From Flavobacteriales bacterium (lineage in GTDB: Bacteria > Bacteroidota > Bacteroidia > Flavobacteriales_D > Parvicellaceae): a stretch of 60,381 bases of DNA. Under the pieces are notes generated by a model. The model was not told the origin of the DNA, did not search any database, and was given only the letters and a program-made list of their open reading frames with translations. Of this stretch, positions 17,667 through 27,330 are shown in pieces; within the stretch, counting starts at the first letter, position 1; each line of letters starts with the position of its first letter. Location of the stretch: positions 1-60,381 of the forward strand of contig JAQWRG010000025.1 in NCBI GenBank assembly GCA_029243855.1, given 5' to 3'. Position numbers and translations under genes: made by a program.

Positions 17667-19538
17667 ATGCTTAAAGAATACGATGTAATAGTTGTTGGTG
17701 CTGGGCACGCAGGAAACGAAGCTGCTGCCGCTGCTGCCAATCTTGGTTCTTCTGTTTTGATGGTTACTATGAATATGGAAACTATTGGTCAAATGAGTTG
17801 TAATCCTGCTATCGGTGGAATTGCTAAAGGTCAAATTGTTAGAGAGATAGATGCGTTAGGTGGTTTAACGGGAAAAATAACCGATCTCAGTGCGATACAG
17901 TTTAAGCTGCTAAACCAGTCAAAAGGCCCCGCTATGTGGAGCCCAAGAGCTCAATGCGATAGAAAACTTTTTAGCAACTATTGGAGAGAGAATTTAGAGG
18001 CAATTGAAAACCTAGATTTCTGGCAAGATATGGTTACGGGAATAATTGTAGACAAACACAAAGTTATTGGGGTAGAAACCTCTATGGGTTTAAAAATAAA
18101 AGCTAAAAGCGTTGTGTTAAACAGCGGAACGTTTTTAAACGGCTCTATACATTTGGGTGAAAAGAAATTTGGTGGTGGTAGAATGGGAGATAAATCATCT
18201 TGTGGAATAACTGAGCAATTAGAGTCGCTTGGTTTTGTGTCTGGCAGAATGAAAACGGGAACACCCCCAAGAGTAGACGGAAGGAGTTTAAATTTTAAAT
18301 TAATGGAAGAACAGCCTGGTGATGAAAATCCTGGAAAATTTTCCTTTTTTGATGAAACTAAGCCGCTAAGCAAACAAAAAAGTTGTTTCATAACATACAC
18401 CAATGATAAAACCCATGAAATCCTTCGTTCTGGTTTTGAAAGAAGCCCTTTGTTTAATGGGTCAATCAAATCTCTTGGTCCGAGATACTGTCCATCAATT
18501 GAAGATAAAATCAATAGATTTAGCCACAGACCTAGACATCAAATTTTTGCTGAACCAGAAGGTTGGAATACAATAGAGTTTTATATAAACGGGTTCTCCT
18601 GCAGCCTTCCCGAAGAAATACAATTAGAAAGTATGCAAACTATTCCAGGTTTTGAAAATGCAAAAATGTTTAGGCCTGGATATGCTGTAGAATACGATTA
18701 TTTTCCACCTACACAGTTAAAACACTCATTGGAAACAAAATTAATTGAAAACCTTTTTTTTAGTGGGCAAATTAACGGAACCACCGGTTATGAAGAGGCT
18801 GCTGGACAGGGAATTATGGCTGGAATAAATGCACATTTAAAAATAAACCAAAAAGAGCCGCTAGTGCTTTCAAGAGATGAGGCATACATTGGTGTTTTAA
18901 TTGATGATCTTATCACAAAGGGAACTGATGAGCCTTATAGAATGTTTACTTCTAGGGCTGAATATAGAATACTATTAAGGCAGGATAATGCAGACTTAAG
19001 ATTAAGTCAAATAGGTAGAAAAATTGGACTTCTAAGTGAAAATAAATACGAGCGTGTGCTTAAAAAAATAGAGGAGAGCGATTTGTTACTAAAAGAAATT
19101 AAAAAAACTTCTGTTATTCCTTCCGAAATAAACCCGATGTTAAAGTCAAAGAATTCGAAAGAAATTACACAAAAGGTTAAAGCTATATCAATTCTTTCAA
19201 GGCCTAACATAAGCATAAATGATGTTGTTTCTTGTAGTAAAGAACTTCAAGACTCCAAAGAAAAGTTAACCTTAATAAGTGACGCTTTAGAACAAACTGA
19301 AATTAATATAAAATACAACGGTTATATTAAGAGAGAAAAAGAAAATGCTGATAAACTAAAAAGGCTTGAGCATGTAGAAATACCTGAAGATATCGATTAT
19401 GCTAAATTCTCTTCGTTATCAACAGAATCTAAAGAAAAGTTGAACAGCATTAAGCCTATAAACATTGGCCAAGCAGCAAGAATTAGTGGGATAAAACCCT
19501 CTGATATTAGCATATTATTAATCTATTTAGGTAGGTAA
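17667..19538 (+). CDS. mnmG: tRNA uridine 5-carboxymethylaminomethyl modification enzyme MnmG (GidA)
   Basis: YDVIVVGAGHAGNEAA FAD motif and 623 aa. Colinear conserved blocks (GPRYCPSIEDK, GQINGTTGYEEAA, RPGYAVEYD). Confidence 0.95.
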   Translation: MLKEYDVIVVGAGHAGNEAAAAAANLGSSVLMVTMNMETIGQMSCNPAIGGIAKGQIVREIDALGGLTGKITDLSAIQFKLLNQSKGPAMWSPRAQCDRKLFSNYWRENLEAIENLDFWQDMVTGIIVDKHKVIGVETSMGLKIKAKSVVLNSGTFLNGSIHLGEKKFGGGRMGDKSSCGITEQLESLGFVSGRMKTGTPPRVDGRSLNFKLMEEQPGDENPGKFSFFDETKPLSKQKSCFITYTNDKTHEILRSGFERSPLFNGSIKSLGPRYCPSIEDKINRFSHRPRHQIFAEPEGWNTIEFYINGFSCSLPEEIQLESMQTIPGFENAKMFRPGYAVEYDYFPPTQLKHSLETKLIENLFFSGQINGTTGYEEAAGQGIMAGINAHLKINQKEPLVLSRDEAYIGVLIDDLITKGTDEPYRMFTSRAEYRILLRQDNADLRLSQIGRKIGLLSENKYERVLKKIEESDLLLKEIKKTSVIPSEINPMLKSKNSKEITQKVKAISILSRPNISINDVVSCSKELQDSKEKLTLISDALEQTEINIKYNGYIKREKENADKLKRLEHVEIPEDIDYAKFSSLSTESKEKLNSIKPINIGQAARISGIKPSDISILLIYLGR

Positions 19539-20450
19539 TTGTTCCACGTGAAACACGATTTAATTAACATACATGAATGTCCTTTATGTGGACACAAAGA
19601 GTCTAAAAAGTATATTTCAGCAAAAGATCATAATGTTAGTAATGATTTATTTACTGTTGTGGCTTGTTGCTCTTGTGGGTTTAAATACACGAACCCAAAA
19701 CCAACTGAAGAAACCATAGGTAATTATTATCAAAGTAATAATTACATTTCTCATACGTCATCTAAAAAGGGAGTTTTTAATATTATATATCATGCCGTAA
19801 GAAATTATCAATTAAATAAAAAAGAAAAATTAATAGTTAAACACCATAAAAACAACGACACTAAAAACCTTCTTGATTTTGGATCAGGAACTGGTGAGTT
19901 TTTAAAACATTGTCAAAACAAAGGTTGGAAAACCCTTGGTGTTGAGCCAGAAAAAAAAGCTGCAAACTATGCTAAAAAAAAACACAATATAAATGTTGTT
20001 GGGATTGATGATTTCTATTCAAAACAACGCTCTGAATACGATGTGATTACAATGTGGCACGTTTTAGAACATGTGTATGATCTTGAAAAATACATATTAC
20101 ATCTTCATAAAATATTAAATAATAACGGACTTCTAGTTTTAGGACTTCCTAATTGTAATTCTTATGACGCCAACTATTACAAGGAAAGATGGGTGGCTTG
20201 GGACCTGCCAATTCATTTATATCATTTTACAAAAAAAGATATTCAAAAAATTGCTGATAAGCATGGTTTTAAAGTTATTGAAACCAAACCACTCCTTTTT
20301 GATTCTTTTTATATAAGTATGTTAAGCGAGCAAAAAAAGGGGCGGTCTAAACTTTTTGGTTTATGGCGCGGTTTAATTTCCAATTTAAAAGCTAAAAAAC
20401 AAAAAGAATTTTCTAGTCACATATATATTTTAAGAAAAGGCGGGTTTTAA
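19539..20450 (+). CDS. Class I SAM-dependent methyltransferase with N-terminal zinc ribbon
   Basis: CPLCGH...CCSCGF zinc ribbon. Motif I LLDFGSGTGEF. There is no in-frame ATG near the 5' end, so the start must be TTG 19539 or GTG 19548, both inside or abutting parS. Confidence 0.75.
   Translation: MFHVKHDLINIHECPLCGHKESKKYISAKDHNVSNDLFTVVACCSCGFKYTNPKPTEETIGNYYQSNNYISHTSSKKGVFNIIYHAVRNYQLNKKEKLIVKHHKNNDTKNLLDFGSGTGEFLKHCQNKGWKTLGVEPEKKAANYAKKKHNINVVGIDDFYSKQRSEYDVITMWHVLEHVYDLEKYILHLHKILNNNGLLVLGLPNCNSYDANYYKERWVAWDLPIHLYHFTKKDIQKIADKHGFKVIETKPLLFDSFYISMLSEQKKGRSKLFGLWRGLISNLKAKKQKEFSSHIYILRKGGF
19540..19555. promoter_or_regulatory. parS: parS (ParB-binding centromere-like site), perfect consensus, second copy
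   Basis: Identical 16-mer TGTTCCACGTGAAACA, starting 2 nt after the last base of the mnmG stop codon. It overlaps the candidate TTG/GTG starts of the next gene. Confidence 0.8.
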
Positions 20451-20527
20451 GGCAATTTAAGACACTTTAAGACACGCTTATTGTATAAATCATTAGATTT
20501 TAATCTAAATCTCTCAAACCTCATTAA

Positions 20528-20548
20528 AGTGTTTTTTTATAAAACACT
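20528..20548. terminator. Weak AT-rich hairpin between convergent genes (possible bidirectional terminator)
   Basis: AGTGTTTT / AAAACACT 8-bp stem with a 5-nt loop, flanked by T/A runs. Lies between the methyltransferase (+) and gpsA (-) 3' ends. Confidence 0.25.
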
Positions 20549-20553
20549 GGCAA

Positions 20554-21537
20554 TCAGTTGATTATGTTTTCCAGGGTCTTGATTTGATTTTTTGGTGATG
20601 TGTTTTTATATAAAATGTTATAGGTAGTTTTCAAAATTGGGTAGTTTTCAGCGTTGGCTCCAAGAAGTTCGTGAATGCATTTTGTTGCATTATATCCTTC
20701 TGCAACCATATTCATAGACTCTTTGGTGTTTTTAATGGAATACCCTCTTCCAATAAAGTTTCCAAACTTTCTATTTCTGCTGTGTAAAGAATAACAGGTT
20801 ACTAAAAGGTCTCCTAAGTAAGCCGAGTCGCTTATTTTCCTTTCTTTAGGATCAATGCTGTAAATAATTTTTCCTAGTTCTGAAGCGCTTGACGATATTA
20901 ATACAGATAAAAAATTATCACCATATCCTAATCCGTGGCAAACCCCAACAAGTAAAGCATAAATATTTTTTAAAATAGCTGATAATTCTGTCCCGAAAAC
21001 ATCGTTGGATTTTTTAACAGACACAAAATGATTGGTCATTTGACTAATAATAAGAGATGAAACTCTATCGTTTTGAGCAGAAAAGGTAAGGTAGCTTCTT
21101 CTTGACATGGCTATTTCTTCTGCATGACAAGGTCCGGAAATAACACCATAATCGACTTTGTTGTAAATTTCCTGAAAAAACTTATAAGGAGTTAGGTTTC
21201 TTTGGGGAACTACTCCTTTTGTGGCCGAAATAATAGATTTACCAACTAAATCATCTTTATGGATATTTTTAAATGTGTTTAAAAGAAATTCAGCAGGTGT
21301 TGCCACAATGAGTATGTCGCTAGCATTAATTAAATCGATAACCGAAGTGGTTAACAAAACTTTTGATGGATCAATGAAACAATTGGGTAGGTATTTTTTA
21401 TTTCTCTTTTCTTCTATTATGTTGTCAATGTGATGCTGTGTTCTTACGCACCAATAGGTTTTTGAATTTTCGTTTGACAACAAACTAACCAAGGCTGTTC
21501 CCCAGCTTCCACCTCCAATTACTCCAATGGTTTTCAT
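20554..21537 (-). CDS. gpsA: NAD(P)H-dependent glycerol-3-phosphate dehydrogenase
   Basis: IGVIGGGSWGTAL Rossmann motif. 327 aa with GpsA-like core blocks. Confidence 0.9.
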   Translation of the reverse strand: MKTIGVIGGGSWGTALVSLLSNENSKTYWCVRTQHHIDNIIEEKRNKKYLPNCFIDPSKVLLTTSVIDLINASDILIVATPAEFLLNTFKNIHKDDLVGKSIISATKGVVPQRNLTPYKFFQEIYNKVDYGVISGPCHAEEIAMSRRSYLTFSAQNDRVSSLIISQMTNHFVSVKKSNDVFGTELSAILKNIYALLVGVCHGLGYGDNFLSVLISSSASELGKIIYSIDPKERKISDSAYLGDLLVTCYSLHSRNRKFGNFIGRGYSIKNTKESMNMVAEGYNATKCIHELLGANAENYPILKTTYNILYKNTSPKNQIKTLENIIN

Positions 21538-22061
21538 CTTTGACTAATTATGGTTTTTAATTGATTAATTACTTTTGGAAAACAGATTAAAAACCACTCC
21601 GTAAAAAGTTCTGGTCTTGTAGAAACTGTTTTTTCTAAATTAGAAATGGAAATGTATTTATATTCCGATACTTCCGCTGTATTAATTTTTGGTTTTTGAT
21701 TGGTAAAACCAAAAAAAACATGGTCAAACTCATGTTCGGTAAGCCCCTTGTCTAATACAGCTTTATATGTAAACGTAAAAACCTTATTTAATACACAAGA
21801 TATGCCCATTTCTTCGTTTAATCTTCTGTATGCTGCCTCAATGTTTGTTTCGTTTTTTCTAGGGTGACTACAGCATGTGTTTGTCCATAAGCCCCCCGAA
21901 TGATATTTTTCAATAGCTCGTTTTTGAAGCAACAGTTCGTTTTTATCGTTAAAAACAAAAATGGAAAACGCCCTATGCATAAGCCCTTTAATGTGAGCTT
22001 CCTGTTTTTCCATATAGCCCAAAACTTTATCTTTCTCGTTAACTAAAATTACTTCTTCCAT
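21534..22061 (-). CDS. idi: Isopentenyl-diphosphate delta-isomerase, type 1 (Nudix)
   Basis: WTNTCCSHP active-site Cys motif and EHEFDHVF. 175 aa. 4-nt overlap with gpsA. Confidence 0.85.
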   Translation of the reverse strand: MEEVILVNEKDKVLGYMEKQEAHIKGLMHRAFSIFVFNDKNELLLQKRAIEKYHSGGLWTNTCCSHPRKNETNIEAAYRRLNEEMGISCVLNKVFTFTYKAVLDKGLTEHEFDHVFFGFTNQKPKINTAEVSEYKYISISNLEKTVSTRPELFTEWFLICFPKVINQLKTIISQR

Positions 22062-23621
22062 TTACTTTAAGCTGTTTTTTCTGTTTGCTAATTCCCATGC
22101 TGTTAAAAAAACGTATTGGGAAACTTTTTCAAGTTTACTAAAATTAATTTTATCAATTTCATCCGTTGGTTTATGATAATCTTCATGAAGGCCTCCAAAA
22201 TAAAAAATTACAGGAATGTTGTTTTTAACAAAATTATAGTGATCAGACCTATAATAAAACATGTTTGGATCTTTTTCATCGTTGTAGGTGTAATCTAGTT
22301 TAAACCCTATGTGTTTCTTATTTACTTGCTCGTTAATTTGGTGTAGATCTTTACTAATTTTATCAGAACCTATTAAATATATGTAATTATCGTCAGCTTG
22401 TATTGTGTCTCGCCTACCAACCATGTCTATATTTAAGTTTGCAATCGTTTTGTTTAAATCAAAGGCTGGGTTATCGGTATAATATTTAGATCCGAATAGG
22501 CCCTTTTCTTCTCCAGAAACCGACAAAAACAATATACTTCTTTCTGGTTGAACACCATCATCGAAAGCTTTTTGAAAAGCTTTTGATATACTCAATAACG
22601 CGGCTGTTCCTGATCCGTCATCGTCTGCACCATTACAAACTTCTCCACGATCATAACCTATGTGATCGTAATGAGCAGAAAGAACCAAAACTTCTTCTTT
22701 ATTTTTGCCAGGAATGTAACCTAAGACATTTTCTGCTTTTACAATATTATTTACATCTGTATGAAAAGAGACTTTTGTGTCTGATTTAAAAATATCGTTA
22801 GTAATAGTGCGGTTATACATTACATATGGTTTTTGTATAGTAATTTGCTTATATACTTTTTCGGAAATAAAGAAAACAGGTATCTCTGATTTCTTTACTT
22901 GTACAGAATTATGCATTTTCATTTTTGGGTTGAGAATGTGCTCTTTTATTCTTTGGTTTTTATCGTTAAAATCTTTAAGCATAAATATTGCTGCTATTGC
23001 CCCATTTTCTGCAGCAGATTTTACTTTATTTCTCCAATTAGCATCACTTGAACTATACATATATGGATTTGCCGCTTCAGGAACACCGTCTTGAATTAAC
23101 ACCACATTTCCTTTAACGTCTCTATTTGTATAAAAACTTCCAGTACTATTCTCTATTCCATAACCAACAAAAGTCACTTTAGTGTTTTTATAATTTGTTT
23201 TTTGTGGGTTTCCAAACACGTAAAAATCTTCTATTAATTCAAGTGGTTCACCATTTATACTTAAAGAAACATTGGTAAAATCAGTTACATTGACCTCGTA
23301 TTGCTGATAATATGATGTATCAAAAACTGGTTTAATATTATTTTTAATAAAGTGGTTTTTAATATATTCTGCCGCCTTCTTTTGACCTTTTGTAGCTGTT
23401 TCTCTTCCTTCTAATGAGTCTGAAGCCAACACACTTAAGTCTCGAAATAAATCTTGTTTGTTTATTAATAAAGAGTATTTCTTGGCTTGATCTAGATCGG
23501 ATTCTACAATTCTTTTAGAAATGACACCACATCCCAAATTTGTAAGTAATAAAAAAAGACAGCAGTATAGATTACGCACAATTAATTTTATTAACTCTAT
23601 TAAGGTGTCTTCCCCCTTCAA
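22062..23621 (-). CDS. M28-family zinc aminopeptidase with PA domain (lipoprotein-like leader)
   Basis: SAHYDHIG, GADDDGSGTAALL and SGEEKGLFGSKYY metal ligand blocks. LLLTNLGCG lipobox-like leader. The annotated ATG overlaps rpiB by 50 nt, so the true start is uncertain. Confidence 0.8.
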   Translation of the reverse strand: MKGEDTLIELIKLIVRNLYCCLFLLLTNLGCGVISKRIVESDLDQAKKYSLLINKQDLFRDLSVLASDSLEGRETATKGQKKAAEYIKNHFIKNNIKPVFDTSYYQQYEVNVTDFTNVSLSINGEPLELIEDFYVFGNPQKTNYKNTKVTFVGYGIENSTGSFYTNRDVKGNVVLIQDGVPEAANPYMYSSSDANWRNKVKSAAENGAIAAIFMLKDFNDKNQRIKEHILNPKMKMHNSVQVKKSEIPVFFISEKVYKQITIQKPYVMYNRTITNDIFKSDTKVSFHTDVNNIVKAENVLGYIPGKNKEEVLVLSAHYDHIGYDRGEVCNGADDDGSGTAALLSISKAFQKAFDDGVQPERSILFLSVSGEEKGLFGSKYYTDNPAFDLNKTIANLNIDMVGRRDTIQADDNYIYLIGSDKISKDLHQINEQVNKKHIGFKLDYTYNDEKDPNMFYYRSDHYNFVKNNIPVIFYFGGLHEDYHKPTDEIDKINFSKLEKVSQYVFLTAWELANRKNSLK

Positions 23622-24000
23622 ATTTAACCGAAAGAAAAGCGGAAACTATTTCTTTAGCATCTTTTGTGTTTAAGTATCTTGCTGGAAGTGCAATTGTATT
23701 TGCATCGTTGTGTTGTCTAGCTAGTTCAGCAATTTCTTTAGACCAACACAATGCACTTCTAACACCTTGGTGTTTGTTTGCGGTCATGTTAATTCCGTTT
23801 CCGGAGCCACAAAGTAATATAACCCTTTCTGCTTTTTTTTCTAATAGTCTATTAATAGCTTTATGAGCTATATCAGGGTAATCAACACTATCTGTATTGT
23901 ATGTGCCAACATCAAAAACATCGTGTTCTTTGCTTATTTGATTAATAATTTGATCTTTTAGTTCAACACCCGCGTGATCACATCCAATGGTAATTGTCAT
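23572..24000 (-). CDS. rpiB: Ribose-5-phosphate isomerase B
   Basis: IGCDHAG and LCGSGNGI motifs. 142 aa. Confidence 0.9.
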   Translation of the reverse strand: MTITIGCDHAGVELKDQIINQISKEHDVFDVGTYNTDSVDYPDIAHKAINRLLEKKAERVILLCGSGNGINMTANKHQGVRSALCWSKEIAELARQHNDANTIALPARYLNTKDAKEIVSAFLSVKFEGGRHLNRVNKINCA

Positions 24001-24307
24001 GTTATTAAGTTGTTAATTATCGTTTATAAAATTATTAAATATTTTTTTGGTTTTTATGTTTTTCTTTTGCTTATAAAAAAGATACTATAAATCTAATTTG
24101 TAGAATATAATGTTTAAATAGATTTTCAACATAAATTTGAGGTTTATTAAAACAGAATTTAATTAAACTTATCACCAATTTTCATTTAATTAGCTTTTTT
24201 ATATTTTGTTAATATGTATTATATAATATTGATTTGCAGTAATATATATCATTATTTATTGTTAATAAAGTAATAATAAAATGTAATATCTTAAATACAA
24301 CAACCTT

Positions 24308-25849
24308 TTGCTTAAAAGTTATATACTATATCAACAAGCTAATAATAATAAACTATTATATATATATATATTATTATATATATGTATTGTTAATACTAAT
24401 TGTTTATTAAGTCAAGAATCTAATTATGTTAAACTTTATGACGATTCGGGAATTTTAACAAGTGAGGGAAATTTAATTAATAATTTACCTGATGGCGAGT
24501 GGGTCAGTTATCATCCTAATGGTCAAATAAAATCAAAGGGCAATTGGAAAGCTAATCAACTACAGGGATATTGGTCTTTCTACAATTCAAAAGGCAATCT
24601 TATTAAAGAAGAAGAATATGTTAAAAATCAAAAACAAGGAAAATCCGTTTCCTATGACTCTTTAGGTCTTTTAATTAAAGAGACCAATTACACAGGTAAT
24701 AAGAAAAATGGGCTTGAATTTGTGATGTTTAAAAGCTTAAAACAACCAAAATTTATTTATAATTATTACAACAATCTTAAACATGGGTTGAATAAAGAAT
24801 TCGATAGTTTAGGAAACATTATATCCTTATTAAATTACGATATGGGGATGATAATAAAAAAAGAAGAAATAAATAGATTTGACAGAGATCACAAAAAACA
24901 CGGTATTTGGAAAACATTTTTTCCAAACGATAAAGTTAAATCAGAACAAATTTATTTTCATGGTGATTTAAACGGAACATCAAAGAAATACAATAGTAAT
25001 GGTGGTCTTAAAAGTGTAGAAAACTTTAATAAAGGAGAGGAAGTAAAACCAATAGCAAAAAAAGATTTAAAAATAACTAAAACTAAAAACGCTGATGGTT
25101 ATACGTTAAAAGGGGTCATTAAAAATGAAATAAAACACGGATTATTTAAAGTTTACGATGAAAATAATAGATTAATAAAACAAGAATTTTATAAAAAAGA
25201 TACGTTGGTTTTTAGTGGTTTTGTAGATACATTAAATAATAAAAATGGTCTTTGGGTTTATTATCACACAAATGGAAACATTAAAAAAAAAGGAAATTAT
25301 TTGAATAACCGAAAAACAGGGGAGTGGATTTTTTATCATAAAGATAAAAATATAGAACAAAAAGGAAATTATTTAAATGGCACCCCACAAGGAAAATGGA
25401 TATGGTGGTATGAAAACAACCAAACAAGAAGAGAGGAAGAATACATTAGAGGAAAAATAAATGGGTTGGTTTATGAATACGACAGTCTTGGAAATATTAT
25501 AACTGAAGGAAACTTTGTAAATGGAGTGAAAGAAGGTCCGTGGAAGTATGTTTATAACGACTTTAAAGAAAGTGGTGTTTTTGCAGATGGTATGAAAACA
25601 GGGGAGTGGAAAGCACAATATACTAATGGAAATAAATACTTTACTGGCGAGTATTTAAATGATATACCAATAAATAATCATATTTATTATTACGCAAACG
25701 GAAAAGTAAAAGAATCAGGCTCTTATTTAAGAGGAGAAAAAGAAGGGGAGTGGAAAAAATACAATAACCAAGGAATTGTGGTTATTACTACTCAATATAA
25801 AAATGGCGAAGAATACAAAGTTGACGGGGTAAAATTAAAATGGAAATAA
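24308..25849 (+). CDS. Exported MORN-variant repeat protein (YwqK-family-like)
   Basis: About 18 repeats of G.W..Y..NG.....G.Y..G...G.W (e.g. DGEWVSYHPNGQIKSKGNWKANQLQGYW). No in-frame ATG for the first ~180 codons, so a TTG start at 24308 is assumed. Confidence 0.6.
   Translation: MLKSYILYQQANNNKLLYIYILLYICIVNTNCLLSQESNYVKLYDDSGILTSEGNLINNLPDGEWVSYHPNGQIKSKGNWKANQLQGYWSFYNSKGNLIKEEEYVKNQKQGKSVSYDSLGLLIKETNYTGNKKNGLEFVMFKSLKQPKFIYNYYNNLKHGLNKEFDSLGNIISLLNYDMGMIIKKEEINRFDRDHKKHGIWKTFFPNDKVKSEQIYFHGDLNGTSKKYNSNGGLKSVENFNKGEEVKPIAKKDLKITKTKNADGYTLKGVIKNEIKHGLFKVYDENNRLIKQEFYKKDTLVFSGFVDTLNNKNGLWVYYHTNGNIKKKGNYLNNRKTGEWIFYHKDKNIEQKGNYLNGTPQGKWIWWYENNQTRREEEYIRGKINGLVYEYDSLGNIITEGNFVNGVKEGPWKYVYNDFKESGVFADGMKTGEWKAQYTNGNKYFTGEYLNDIPINNHIYYYANGKVKESGSYLRGEKEGEWKKYNNQGIVVITTQYKNGEEYKVDGVKLKWK
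24357..24370. repeat. (TA)7 dinucleotide microsatellite inside the putative signal-peptide codons of the MORN-repeat gene
   Basis: tatatatatatata read directly, with a second shorter TA run at 24376-24383. Encodes part of LLYIYILLYIC. Confidence 0.9.
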
Positions 25850-26625
25850 TGAGTTTAAAACACCATATTATTTTTATTTTATTTTTCTTATCCTTTTCTT
25901 TTTATAGTCAAAATGAATACATACAGGTTGATTCATCAGGAATAATCATAATAAAAGACCTAAAAGGATACGATTTAGACCAAACGAACTGGACGTGTAT
26001 AATCAATAAAGAAACCAAGAACTTATTTTTAACAAAAACTACGAAAAACAATCGAAAATTCCTTTCCTTTTTTTTCCCATATGATTTTAATTTAGATGAA
26101 TACGAAACAGGAGAGATTGATTTAATTGTTAAAAAAGAAGAAAAAATAATATTTAACAAAAAAGTTTTTTTTAATCTTAAACCAAAAGGAAAATACCAAT
26201 TATATAATTTTTCATCCAACATTAACCATAAGGAGATAAGAGGAACAATAATAGACGCTTACTTCTTTGAGTCCGTGAAAAATAAACATGTTATAGTAAG
26301 ATCTATCTCTAATGAGAAACGAATTTATTTTTATTATTTAATAGACGATGAAATAATTAACATTCATACGGATTTAGTTGATTATAATTCCCTTAATTCA
26401 ATATCCAACCCTATAATAATAACAGATTTAAATAACGACTTGATTCCAGAAATAACATGTAAATACCAAAATAATAATCAGGAAAAAATGGTGTTTTTTA
26501 AAGAAAAAGAAAAATTTATTTGTAGAAAAGAAAAGAAAAAAATAAACCATTCTGAGGCGTTGAATTTTTTAGAAAACATTTTCTACAAGCAACACTTATT
26601 GAATGAAACAATCAACAGCCAATGA
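25840..26625 (+). CDS. Hypothetical exported protein
   Basis: Signal peptide IIFILFFLSFSFYSQ. Overlaps its neighbours by 10 nt and 4 nt. No family recognised. Confidence 0.5.
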   Translation: MEIMSLKHHIIFILFFLSFSFYSQNEYIQVDSSGIIIIKDLKGYDLDQTNWTCIINKETKNLFLTKTTKNNRKFLSFFFPYDFNLDEYETGEIDLIVKKEEKIIFNKKVFFNLKPKGKYQLYNFSSNINHKEIRGTIIDAYFFESVKNKHVIVRSISNEKRIYFYYLIDDEIINIHTDLVDYNSLNSISNPIIITDLNNDLIPEITCKYQNNNQEKMVFFKEKEKFICRKEKKKINHSEALNFLENIFYKQHLLNETINSQ

Positions 26626-27293
26626 ATAAGTTATACATTATTCCAACTCCAATAGGCAACTTAAAAGACATAACTTTTAGAGCTGTCGAAACTTTAAAAT
26701 CTGTTGAATACATCTGTGCTGAAGACACAAGAACAACAAAAAAGTTATTAAATCACTATGAAATCACTAATAAATTAGTTGCATATCATCAACACAACGA
26801 ACATAAAATAGTAGATAAAATAATTGATGATCTATTAACTAAAGAGGGAGATGTTGCTGTTGTTTCTGATGCTGGGACACCAGGAATTAGTGATCCTGGA
26901 TTTTTACTTGTAAGTAAGGCAAAAGAAAATAATATCTCTGTTTTATGTTTACCCGGACCAACAGCGTTTGTTCCTGCGTTAATTCAATCAGGTTTTCCTA
27001 CAGATGTTTTTTTATTTCATGGCTTTTTGCCACACAAAAAAGGAAGGAAGAAACTTTTATTACAATTTAAAGAAGAAATAAGAACAATAGTTTTATACGA
27101 ATCACCACATAGATTATTGAAATTATTAACTGAATTAACAGAAATATTTCAAGAAAAAAGATTGGTTTCTGTTTCTAGAGAAATAACAAAAATACACGAA
27201 GAAACCGTTTCAGGAACCCCTAATGAATTACACACTTATTTTAGTCAAAAAAAAGTAAAAGGAGAAATTGTAGTGGTAATAAAAAAAGTATAG
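26622..27293 (+). CDS. rsmI: 16S rRNA (cytidine1402-2'-O)-methyltransferase
   Basis: LYIIPTPIGNLKDITFRA and VSDAGTPGISDPG tetrapyrrole-methylase-fold motifs. 223 aa. Confidence 0.9.
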   Translation: MNKLYIIPTPIGNLKDITFRAVETLKSVEYICAEDTRTTKKLLNHYEITNKLVAYHQHNEHKIVDKIIDDLLTKEGDVAVVSDAGTPGISDPGFLLVSKAKENNISVLCLPGPTAFVPALIQSGFPTDVFLFHGFLPHKKGRKKLLLQFKEEIRTIVLYESPHRLLKLLTELTEIFQEKRLVSVSREITKIHEETVSGTPNELHTYFSQKKVKGEIVVVIKKV

Positions 27294-27330
27294 AAAAGTA
27301 ATTACTTACTTTTGTCAATTAATTAAAATC

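Noticed and set aside
20455-20476. Tandem duplication tttaagacac-tttaagacac just after the methyltransferase stop
   Set aside because: Only two short copies with no further occurrences noticed in the window. Insufficient to call a regulatory repeat.
24001-24307. AT-rich spacer as candidate oriC, given the nearby parS sites, mnmG and rnpA
   Set aside because: I found only one degenerate DnaA-box-like element (cTTATCACCAa, 2 mismatches to TTATCCACA) and no cluster of boxes. No dnaA or dnaN is in the window. More simply explained as a divergent promoter region.
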